Shown: positions 22,787 through 32,200 of the stretch, in pieces | Layout: the number at the start of each line of letters is the position of its first letter | Numbering within the stretch: the stretch's first letter is position 1 | Made by a program: the position numbers and the translations under genes | The notes under the pieces: generated by a model | Told to the model about the DNA's origin: nothing | Database searches by the model: none | The model's input: the letters and a program-made list of their open reading frames with translations, nothing else | Source of the DNA: Carpediemonas membranifera BICM | Lineage: Eukaryota > Protista > Fornicata | Reading direction: 5' to 3' | Assembly: GCA_019828565.1 (NCBI GenBank) | Contig: JAHDYR010000053.1 | Span: forward strand, 1 to 64,000 | DNA: 64,000 nucleotides

Positions 22787-22838
22787 GACATTTACAAGTG
22801 CCTGGTGACCGGGGTAAAGGGCACACACACAAGATCGT

Positions 22839-23858
22839 TTACTTGAACCAAGACGAGGGGCAGTGCTTAGTCAGCTTCTGAGCCCGGAGGATCTCGCGAG
22901 TGATGTCCAGTCGAGCCAACTCTCGGTCGACTGCGACGATGGAAAGCCCCGGGAAGCCAATGTAGGCGATGAACAACAGAAGGACGCCTTCGCGGTTGAA
23001 TTCGTGGCCAACGATGGCCTCGAGCTCATACTTGCGCTCAGGGTCGGACGCCTGCAGACTGAGGCCGACCAGACGGGGAGGCAGAGCAGGCAGACCATGG
23101 GCAAGGTTACGGGCGAGATAACCCCAGATCGCCGACACGTCGGCACCGCGAGAGGACGCGACATAGACGAGGCGGTAGTAGGCAGGGGCGAAGGTCATAA
23201 TGGTCAGACGGTGGAGAGACAAGCGAAGCTCAGTCTCGGAGACGCCAATCCGTCCGCCCATGAGGTACTTAATCAGTGCGGGGCTGACCAAACGGTGGGA
23301 GGCTCCAGTACCGGTGACACTCATGTCGCCATCATATGCGCGGGACATAATGTCACGATCAGAAGCCGGACCCAACTTGTAGTAGAGCGCGATCGACTTC
23401 AAGACTGAGTGGTCAATGCGCAGGTCGCGCACCTGTCGAGCCAGCGTTTTCAGAGGACCGACGTCAAACTGGGCGAACCCCCCAGTCTCAATGGCGTCAA
23501 ACACCGACTGAAACAGGAAGTCCACCCAGTTGACGTAGTTGTTGACGTGCTCAGTGATGAACGGCGTGAGCACACCGTCGAACTCGGTGAACGGCGGTAA
23601 CTCAAAACCCTCAAGGGGGACAGAAGACAACAGCTTCTCGCGCACGGCAGTCGTGATTGTGGCGCTATATCAGCGTTAGTTTGATGTTGTTACTTACTTT
23701 TTGGCCGTTTTGCGGCTAGCGCGCTTACGGATCGCGCCAGAAGGAGCGGAAGGCAGCGTGGCCAGAAGATCCTGAAGCTCAGCGGGAGCAAGCTCCATGA
23801 GCTGCGAACGGATATCGGCAATAGGTGACGCAGAAACCGTTTCCCCCGCTTTTGGCAT
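22839..23858 (-). CDS. Two-exon hypothetical gene with a C-terminal chromo-like domain; 33-nt intron 23665-23697
   Basis: The minus-strand intron GTAAGT...ACTAAC...TAG removes a stop and joins ORFs 23694..23924 and 22839..23645 in frame. C-terminus reads YELEAIVGHEF...LFIAYIGFP. Confidence 0.6.
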
Positions 23859-25610
23859 GCGAAAAGCGAAATGCCAAATCTGACAATTTAGTTCCGCGTC
23901 GAAACTGCCCCAAAATGCTGCCAAACAACGTCATATAACCTCCATTTATCCCCTTATTACCTATTTTGATGTTGTTATTGTTATTGGTGCAGGCACCAGA
24001 TGACGGCAATGGCTGTGAAGAAAAAAGCACCAGAACTCGACAACGAAGCCTCGTTGAGGCCTCTAATGGCCATATTTCGACAGTACTATGTAATGAACGC
24101 GAAGAAGTCCCCATGTTGGGCAAAATACGAAACCGAAGGTCGTTTGACCCAAAGGTGCACCGTTTGATTGTTTCAAACTGGTTTGTTTCATTTGACGGCC
24201 TATACTGGCCGTGTAGGGGCAGTGTCCCCGGTAAGGATCCATTTTACATCAGCGCGCTATTTATCCAGTGGTACCACACAAAATATTTGAATCTCAGGAA
24301 AAGATTTGAGACATTGTCAGTGCGCGTAGCGACACCGACTAGATGGTCAGACATAGCCCATCTCACTGCCAATGAGATGGACTGCGGCGAGAGCGGAGTG
24401 GCAACCGTGAACAAAGCAGTTGACTCTTCGACAAATCCTCACTAGCCGTACAGTCACACCGCTTGAGGTCGTGCCCATTTGGGCACTGAAGGGGCAGTGT
24501 AGTGGGTCTTACCCAATACTTACATGTTTATGACTTATAGATTACACCATATTTGCAACCATTGGGTTTTCTCTTTATTAAAGTTCTTTCCCTCCTCCAG
24601 TAGGAGCACAGCGGATCAGCGTTATCCGCGTCGCCTTCGGCCATCCTCACGGTTTCTGTTGGAGGGATACGATCTGCTCGCGATCGGGACGGATCAAGAC
24701 CGTATCCACAATCATATCTTTCGAGATTTTCTAAATATTTTGACCATCTTTCTCGTGTCCCCGGAATCCTGTTCTGACACACCCTGACCCAGCAGTGTCA
24801 GGGCGTGAGCCACGCCCGAGGCGTGATAGCTTACATATCGATGATGGATGGTTAACAAGATCGATATAACGAAGACTATCGAAGAATTGGCCGGAGAGAG
24901 TGAAAAAATGCCGGCGAATGGAAATGGCCAAAACCGCGCACAAAGAATGGTCTGGCAAGCAGACACTCCGGTAGACTCTGTCTACACTCCCAGAGGGGGG
25001 GGAAACGAATTTATAGTGCTCTCTCCCATGCTAGTGTAAGCTAAATTCGTCTCTCCGGGACCCTCTTACTTGTTGGCCTCGGCCAGAGTCCCGGAGTCAC
25101 CCCTTCCTTCGGGGGATAGGCTGCCGTGGCTGCTGTGCGGTTCATCTGCATAGTATTCTTGCCTTTCTTCGAACTGGCCAGGATTGATCTGACTCTGATT
25201 CGACCTAAGAGCCAGCATCAATAAGACCTCGACCGCTCAGCCGAAGATCGTCCGGTGCCTCCGCTCACCTTCAGTCAGACGAGCTGACGAGTCGGCAGAC
25301 TCTGTCTTAACCATCCGGGACTCGTCGCCGCCACGATCCCTGGCTCATTTTCTCTATCCATCATTTGACTGGATCAAATTTGGCGCACATCATCTTGGAT
25401 TCTTAAACCTCCCGACGGTTCCTCTGTATTCCACCCGTGCAGGTGGAGAGCTCGAAAAACGTGCCTAGAGGTCTCAACACCGCCTGGTTGCCGAGATACG
25501 GCACTTTTGATATTTTCTCTCTCTTTTGAGCGTATATCGCTGTAGTTTCGCTAGAATCCGTGCGTAACCTCTCTAAGGTATCTCCCTACACTATAAGGAA
25601 CTCAATATCA

Positions 25611-28430
25611 TCACGTTTTACGATCAACCTCACTAAGGTCCGCGATCGTGCTGGAGCAAGCACTCCTCAATGCTGCTCCAGGCCTCAACGAGGCAACAGA
25701 AGTGCTGTAATCGAGGCGTAGGACGTCCTCGATATAGCGTATCAGTGATTTGGTATCCACCCAAGTGCCCTTCGCGGCCACGACGGGAATGGGTATGCCC
25801 GCAAGGACCAGGTCCGCCGCGCTGCCGCGGCGAAGGCCATGAAGCCTTGCCCTCGAGGAGCGAAGGATCCCCTTAATCTGGTCCTCAAGCTCCGAGAACG
25901 CAAAAGACCAGAGTGGATCCTCCTCCCCAGCGTGGGCGTCCATCCGATTAACGACGACCTCGGAGAGCCAATGCGCAGGGTCCAGCTCGCCATCGACCCT
26001 TGGTACCAGCTTCTCTATGACCTCACGCCGCGTCTTTGTGCCCTGTATTGCCACGCGCAGCCCTCGCCGACCATCAGTGGACACGTCCCTCATCCGCAAA
26101 GAGAATATCTCCATAGGCCGCGATGTGGTGGCGTAGATGGTGAGCGCGAAGGCGAACGCCTCTCTCCATAGGGCCTGCCGGCGGGCCTCCGGCGTGGAGG
26201 CGTGGAGTCTTGCAGCTAACATCTGGGCCCTGATGGGCAGGGCTGGGCCCCTCGGTCGACCAAGCGCGTCCCTCGCCTGCTCGATAACCACCGCCGTGCC
26301 GTCCACGGGGACCTCCCAGGGGACAACCCGGTCGAAGAACCTCACTATTAGGTTCCACTTCGACATGATGGTGGGGCGAGCCACCCTCTCCGCCTGGTCG
26401 TGTGCCCACATTCGAACGAGCTCGGTGTCGCCACGGGCCTCGGTGTGGCTGTCGCGGAAGTCAGCGAACTGCTGCAAGACCCCGGCCACGTGTCTCTTGT
26501 CCTTGAATCTGGCTAGCATGTCACTGCTGACGGCCTGGTCGAAGACCTGATGACCATGAAGAGGGCCATGAGCCTGAACGTCCCGTCCGACTGGAGCGGT
26601 GTGACCTCCGACAGGTCTGCCTCCTCCTTCCGAATCCTGAAGTAGAGCCGGTGCTCCGAGAGCTCTCTCAGTGCCATCGCTGTTGGAGAGCGGCTGTCCG
26701 ACACAAGCAAGACCAGAGCATCCGGACATGCTGAGGGGGAGCTGGGATGGTCCATCTGGAGGCGTTGCAACTTCGAATAGACCTCCAGCAGCAGGCTGAA
26801 CGGGACTACTGCCAGCCACCTGCCGACTGACCAGTCCTTGTCCATGAACTGTATGCTCCCGGAGGCCTCTGTCGCGTCCTGCTTTGCTCCAAGCCACCCG
26901 GAGGGCCATATCTCTCCTTGAACCGGGCCCCACGTCGTGATTATGCGCTCGAGCATCCGTCTGGGTGGTGATAATGTCTCGGATCGAGATAAGGCGTCGG
27001 CAGTGACGTTGAGGTGACCTGACACGTGCACGGCCCTGACCCTGATCTGTCGCCTGCTGAGCGTGGGCAGCAGGGCTCGGAGGGTCTGGTCCACCACCTC
27101 TGGCGCCTTTGTAGACCCCTGGTGGTTCCACCAGGCCACCGCCGCAACAGAATCCGAGAAGATAGTGATCTCGCTCGGGTCTCGAAGGTGTTGGAGAGTG
27201 AGCTCCACAGCCTGGCAGAGGGCTCGAAACTCTAGCAGGGTGATATGCTCCCCCTTCGGGGCCGAAACAGCGAAGGTGTGAGGGTCCTGGCCTGGGATCA
27301 GGAGGACGAGGCCGGCCTCCGAGGCGTCCGTCATCACCGTAACCTGAAGCTTCGGGGACATGCCCCACAAGTGGGTGAGCTCCAAGAAGCTGCGGACTGG
27401 GGAAGGGCGACTCAGGCGGGCTTGCCAATCGATGAGGGCCGCCTCTGCCTCGCCATGGACTCTCGTCCTGTATCGGGCCTTGATGTTGGCCAAGCAGCGT
27501 TGGATAGGCCTGATGGCCGCCCGGCCCTCTGGCCAGACTATCGACGCAAAGCCCAGGTTCCCGAGGAGTCTCTGCAGGCTGTGGAAGGTGACGCCCTGCT
27601 GGAGAGCCTCCTCCACTCTGGACAGGTACTTGTGGCGCTTCTCCTCCTGAAGGGAGACTCCATGCTTCCTCGAGTCGAGCACGAAGCCAAGGAAAGTCGT
27701 CGTGGGCGATGGTGTCAACTGGGATTTCTCCCGGTTGATTACGAGGCCTAGGTCCGTAAGCAACCGAACTATCCCCGGCATCGACGACTCTAACAGGGCT
27801 TTCGGACCGCAGAAAAGCCAGTCGTCTAGGTATATCGTCAGGTTGATACCCGGGAAGGCACGCGCGACAATCTGTCCGGCGGTCATCATGACCCGTTGAA
27901 AGTGGTAGGGTGCCGCGCTCCATCCAAACGGCAGGACGTTGAAGCAGTAGGGGCGCCCGTCTACCACAAAGCCCAGGAGTGTCCGGTCCTGCGGTCGGAT
28001 GCCCAGCTGATAGTACCCCTTCGTCAGGTCGATGCGCGTCATGTAGTCGTTCTCTCTCATCTGGCAGATGGCTTGCCTGACGTCTCGAAGCCGGAACGAC
28101 CTTCTCTCGAGCGACACTGCATTGAGTGACCTCAGATCGTGAATGAGGCGCGTCTCTACAGGTGTCTTCGGCACGGTGAAGATTGGCGAGATGAGACTCG
28201 GTGCCCGGCACGGGCTGGCCGCTCCCAAGGCGAGCAGCGTCCTTAGATGATCTCGGAAGGCCTTTCGATCCCTCGGCCGCGGTGAAGGAAGGCTGGGGTG
28301 CCTCGGCCGCGCACTCACCGAGATGGGGATACCCTCTCGTAGCCACAAGACCACCTCGGATGGCGCGTGTAAGCGCTCCCAAAGGGTCCAGCGGCTGTTG
28401 ATGCACGGGAAGGGTCTCATCTTCGGGCAC
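25611..28430 (-). CDS. DIRS tyrosine recombinase ORF (YR domain ~25611-26519; upstream part overlaps RT)
   Basis: TTSRPMEI (R), GTKT (K), HGLRRG (H-x-x-R), GTW-x7-RY (W, Y): full catalytic set present. Confidence 0.88.
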   Translation of the reverse strand: MPEDETLPVHQQPLDPLGALTRAIRGGLVATRGYPHLGECAAEAPQPSFTAAEGSKGLPRSSKDAARLGSGQPVPGTESHLANLHRAEDTCRDAPHSRSEVTQCSVAREKVVPASRRQASHLPDERERLHDAHRPDEGVLSAGHPTAGPDTPGLCGRRAPLLLQRPAVWMERGTLPLSTGHDDRRTDCRACLPGYQPDDIPRRLAFLRSESPVRVVDAGDSSVAYGPRPRNQPGEIPVDTIAHDDFPWLRARLEEAWSLPSGGEAPQVPVQSGGGSPAGRHLPQPAETPREPGLCVDSLARGPGGHQAYPTLLGQHQGPIQDESPWRGRGGPHRLASPPESPFPSPQLLGAHPLVGHVPEASGYGDDGRLGGRPRPPDPRPGPSHLRCFGPEGGAYHPARVSSPLPGCGAHSPTPSRPERDHYLLGFCCGGGLVEPPGVYKGARGGGPDPPSPAAHAQQATDQGQGRARVRSPQRHCRRLISIRDIITTQTDARAHNHDVGPGSRRDMALRVAWSKAGRDRGLREHTVHGQGLVSRQVAGSSPVQPAAGGLFEVATPPDGPSQLPLSMSGCSGLACVGQPLSNSDGTERALGAPALLQDSEGGGRPVGGHTAPVGRDVQAHGPLHGHQVFDQAVSSDMLARFKDKRHVAGVLQQFADFRDSHTEARGDTELVRMWAHDQAERVARPTIMSKWNLIVRFFDRVVPWEVPVDGTAVVIEQARDALGRPRGPALPIRAQMLAARLHASTPEARRQALWREAFAFALTIYATTSRPMEIFSLRMRDVSTDGRRGLRVAIQGTKTRREVIEKLVPRVDGELDPAHWLSEVVVNRMDAHAGEEDPLWSFAFSELEDQIKGILRSSRARLHGLRRGSAADLVLAGIPIPVVAAKGTWVDTKSLIRYIEDVLRLDYSTSVASLRPGAALRSACSSTIADLSEVDRKT
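26513..28420 (-). CDS. DIRS reverse transcriptase-RNase H
   Basis: RLIHDLRSLN, IDLTKGYYQ, LPFGWS, YLDDW (RT); TDASEAG, HITLLEFRAL, SDS, NVTADALSR (RNase H). Confidence 0.93.
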   Translation of the reverse strand: MRPFPCINSRWTLWERLHAPSEVVLWLREGIPISVSARPRHPSLPSPRPRDRKAFRDHLRTLLALGAASPCRAPSLISPIFTVPKTPVETRLIHDLRSLNAVSLERRSFRLRDVRQAICQMRENDYMTRIDLTKGYYQLGIRPQDRTLLGFVVDGRPYCFNVLPFGWSAAPYHFQRVMMTAGQIVARAFPGINLTIYLDDWLFCGPKALLESSMPGIVRLLTDLGLVINREKSQLTPSPTTTFLGFVLDSRKHGVSLQEEKRHKYLSRVEEALQQGVTFHSLQRLLGNLGFASIVWPEGRAAIRPIQRCLANIKARYRTRVHGEAEAALIDWQARLSRPSPVRSFLELTHLWGMSPKLQVTVMTDASEAGLVLLIPGQDPHTFAVSAPKGEHITLLEFRALCQAVELTLQHLRDPSEITIFSDSVAAVAWWNHQGSTKAPEVVDQTLRALLPTLSRRQIRVRAVHVSGHLNVTADALSRSETLSPPRRMLERIITTWGPVQGEIWPSGWLGAKQDATEASGSIQFMDKDWSVGRWLAVVPFSLLLEVYSKLQRLQMDHPSSPSACPDALVLLVSDSRSPTAMALRELSEHRLYFRIRKEEADLSEVTPLQSDGTFRLMALFMVIRSSTRPSAVTC

Positions 28431-28464
28431 TGGAGGGGGGGTTGGTGGATGGTGGGCTGAGGGT

Positions 28465-28577
28465 GGTCGTGAGGAGAGCGGTCGTGAGGAGGGTGACCGT
28501 GAGGAGGGTGACCGTGAGGAGGGTGATCGTGAGGAGGGTGATCGTGAGGAGGGTGATCGTGATGATGATGATGATGG
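28465..28577. repeat. 15-bp tandem repeat (~6 copies) plus (GAT)n between gag and pol
   Basis: CGTGAGGAGGGTGAy units; in the RT frame it reads HHHHHHDHPPHDHPPHDHPPHGHPPHGHPPH. Confidence 0.9.
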
Positions 28578-28584
28578 TTTGGAC

Positions 28585-29088
28585 TTATGAGCGGTTGTTG
28601 CCGGGGCGCTTCGGGCCCTGGCCGCCTCGCTTTCGAAAATCCTTGCCTGGCTTCTCCGTAAGGCGGGGGTTCTTCGAGAGCGTCCGGAGGACCAGGGTCT
28701 CGATCTCCGACTCGGTCATCTCTGGCTTCTCGGCCAGGGCGGCGCGACCGGCGGTGCTGACCGACTGGCCGGCGAGGTAACCGTAGCGATCCTTCACCCA
28801 GAGCACCCGGTGACGGAGGTAGAGTCGGGCGAGGATGGCGAAACCGCTGAGGCGACGGAACTTGAATCCGCGGTACATCTCCTCAATAAACTCGGCCTCC
28901 TCCTTCATCGTGTTGGAAGCTGGCCGTTTCCAGTTGATGAGCGACTCGTCGGATAGCATCTTCACCATGGAGGAAAGGTTCGAAGTTGGTTGTGCGATCT
29001 TTGTGGTCTCTTCGAGTTGTTTCTTCAGTTGCTCGATTGCATCTTGCATCTCCTTGATCGTGGCGGCGTTCTCAGATTCCTCAGGCAT
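28585..29088 (-). CDS. DIRS ORF1 (gag-like)
   Basis: 167 aa, N-terminal coiled coil and basic C-terminus, first ORF of the element. Confidence 0.7.
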   Translation of the reverse strand: MPEESENAATIKEMQDAIEQLKKQLEETTKIAQPTSNLSSMVKMLSDESLINWKRPASNTMKEEAEFIEEMYRGFKFRRLSGFAILARLYLRHRVLWVKDRYGYLAGQSVSTAGRAALAEKPEMTESEIETLVLRTLSKNPRLTEKPGKDFRKRGGQGPKRPGNNRS

Positions 29089-29226
29089 TCTGATGACTTA
29101 TTTCGCTTCTCCTTCGTTCTCTGGGTTCCTGATTTGATCTGGTCCTGATTTGGCCTCAATCTGATGCGAATCAGAATGCCTCGACCGCTCAGCCGAAGAT
29201 TGTCCACTACGCTGGCCTTGCCAAAT

Positions 29227-29299
29227 GCTCCTTTAGCTCAGTTGGTAGAGCGTGTGATTAGTAATCACAAGGTCCTCGGTTCGAATCCGGGAGGGAGCA
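29227..29299 (+). tRNA. trnT: tRNA-Thr (anticodon AGT)
   Basis: GCTCCTT/AGGGAGC acceptor stem, GCTC/GAGC D stem, TGTGA-TTAGTAA-TCACA anticodon arm, CTCGG-TTCGAAT-CCGGG T arm, discriminator A; no encoded CCA; TTTT at 29303-29306. Confidence 0.97.
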
Positions 29300-32200
29300 A
29301 ACTTTTATGTAATCAACGACAAACAGTCTAGCGAGCGGCGAGGCGCAGCCGAGCTTCGCGAGCCTGAGCGCAGCGAAGCAGTTTGAGGCTATGGGGTGCG
29401 TCGGGGTCCTCCGTCGCTCCATCCAGTGAGTCGCTGGCGAGTCAACAAAACCAACAAGAACACTCTGAAGCGCTCTGCACGAGCCGATTGCTACACCAAT
29501 ATCAGAATTGAGTAACAATTAGTGGGAGAGGCCCAAATCCTCTGCTGCAGCATGTGCTGCGTCGCATTGCTTGATGAACGCTGCATATGTGTGCACTTGC
29601 CCTCTCATGCACGCCAAGAAAGCGTTATCAGCCATCTCGCGGACCTGCTCAGCCTTAAGACCAAGTTCATCGCGCAAATCGTCCGTCCAGCCCCTTCCGT
29701 GCACTCTTCCAACGTCACCGTTGTGAAGCGTCACCGCGGGTATGAGCTTGACGTCCCAGTTGGAGTACTGGGCGCGCTTGCTCGTCATGGCCTGAGACAC
29801 GTGGTTGCTGACGACGTTGTCAATGACGATTGCCTTCACGCCAGGTTTCGTGAGGAGGATGTCCGCCCGCGCCTTCATAGGCTTGGTCCGGTCAATGGTC
29901 CACTCACTGGCCTTGTTCAACCACACCTCGGACTGGACTCTCCAGCCATAACCCTTCAGGTCTCTCACCAGCCCGTCCTTGATAGCGTTGTGACGCTCGT
30001 CGTCCAGGCCTCCACGTAGGCATGGGCAGCACAGGGTGTGAGTAGCGTTGCACACAACGGACTGGTGGTTCACGGTGCGTGCCCTGCAGAGAGGGCAGAC
30101 GTCAAATCCGGGCGTGAATGCGGGGAGGCCCAGGTGATTGCGGAAGATGGGGGCAACAGCGGCATCGGTTACCGAGCGCCCAAGAGAGGTCGGGTCGACC
30201 ATCATGAACGACCGAACGACGTTGGGCGAGACGGCGGCACTCACAGAGAGCTTGGTGGCAATAGATTCCTCAACGAGGCGAACCAAGTTCTTCTGCGTGT
30301 GGTCGGCGTCAAGAGCCTTCACATCGTCCAAGCCACTAGGCCAGTTCGACGGCGTGTTGAGCTGGGGCGGGAGACACTTGATGGCACCCGTCACGCTGTC
30401 AGGTGAGCGTGTAACACCCAGCCCTGCCAGTTGTCTCGTGGCCGCGAGGAACGCGGGAGCCCACACGACTGATGGCATTGCCAGCGCAAGCCCGCGTCTT
30501 TCTACCGGCATACTCAGGCGGAGAGCAAAGTCGTCATCGACCTCAGCCTCGCTCGACAGGATTCGGAGGATGGCCGGGACCGCCTCTTTCTTCTCAAATC
30601 CGAGTTCAGCCTCGTAGAGACCGTTGCCGACTCCACCCGTTGCGGGGGGAACGTTACGGAAGAAGTGCTCCCACTTTGTGAGCGCACAATACTTCGCAAT
30701 GATCAACGCAGGGGCAGTTGCCTCCGGCCCCTCCTTGGCCACCATCTCTCCGGCAGCGTTAAGGAGTTGCATCACGCGACTGTTGACCTTGGCCAACTCA
30801 CCCATCGCATGAGCAGCGGACCCAACCGGAACGCCCACGAGGTTTAGGCTGCGTCTTCTTGGGACGCCTCCCGAGGTGTTGCCGTCGGTAACGTCTCTGT
30901 GCGCCACAACGCACTTCGACTTGTTGAGCCGCAGGCCGACTTCGAGGAACTTCTCCCTCGCGATCTCGACAAGGTTGTTAGCCTCTCGGCCGACACCGGG
31001 CGTCTGCAAAGGCCGATCAGTCGTGGCGACTAGATCGTCTTGGTACGCTTGGAGGTGCCAACCCGGGAACGCCTCGCGCAGAACGTCCAGAATGGGCTTG
31101 ATGCCCAGGCTGAACAGAATAGGGGACAGGGGATCTCCTTGATGTATGCCCTCAGCTGACCTTATCACTCCTCCTGACGTGGAGAATAGGAGCCCTTGGC
31201 GATACATCGTAGACAGGTAGGGCATGAGAGCAGGCATGTAAGCGCGTACCACGTCGAACATGAACGCCCTAGATAGGCATCCATAAGCGTTCGATAAGTC
31301 GAGGGAGACAACAGTCCCTCCCTCCTCGTAGACCCTGGTCACGCTGTCACTCAGCCTCTCCAGGCCGCACTTCTCCCCCACCCCATACTGATCCTTGAGG
31401 GTCCGGTCGACGTCGACCAGGCGGGCCCTCACAGCCCAGGCGAGAGCCTTCGCCGCAACCCGCCGAAGCGAGTCCCCGATGGCCACTCCTCGGATCTTCC
31501 CAGCCCCCTTGGGGACCGGGACAATGATGCAGTGGCTCAATACCGCGGTGTAGGTCTCGCCGTTCAGGATGTCCTGTACGATCGGCATCAATGCGGCGAT
31601 GAGGTCATGTCTGGCCACCTTCGCTGCTATTCTGATATGGAGGAAGGACAAGCCCGACGGCCCTGGGGCCGCCTCGGCCTTTAGAGCGTGTAGTACAGTC
31701 TTGAGGGTCCTAGCGGACACCTCAACTGACTGCAGTGGCTCTGCGGGGACGTCCTTAAACGGAACATCTGGGCGCAGGCCACTGTAATCCTCCTGCAGTC
31801 TCTTCAGCTCTACATCCACCTCCTGTGGTGACAGGCCCGCATCCTCAGCTACCAGCGCAGTGGCTGCCTTGGACACGAACCCGTGGCGAACCAGTCGCAT
31901 CACCTTACGCCACTTGGACGGGCGGCGCTTGGGGCCTTTCGATGCAACCGGCGGTGCGTACAGCGCCTTCGGGTACTCGAGTACCGTCCTCAGGGCCGCG
32001 CGCTTCTCGTCCTCGCTCTCCACGAGGGCCACCCGCTTGAGCTTCTCGATCAGGCCTCTGGCGAATTTCTCGCGTCCCCTCTTGGGGGGAGCGATCTTGC
32101 CAAGGAAGAGAGCCTGTCCCGGTGGTAGGAACACGTCGGGTCGATGGGCTGGGTGAGCGGGAGGGGCAGTCGGGGGGCTTGCGGTGAAGCCCACCGCGGT

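Larger units (their letters stand above)
25155..29205 (-). mobile_element. DIRS-order (tyrosine recombinase) retrotransposon with direct repeats (PAT/Ngaro-type layout); 3' boundary uncertain
   Basis: gag, RT-RNase H and overlapping YR ORFs. A 27-bp direct repeat CCTCGACCGCTCAGCCGAAGATyGTCC at 25227-25253 and 29179-29205 sits within a longer diverged repeat. Confidence 0.85.
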
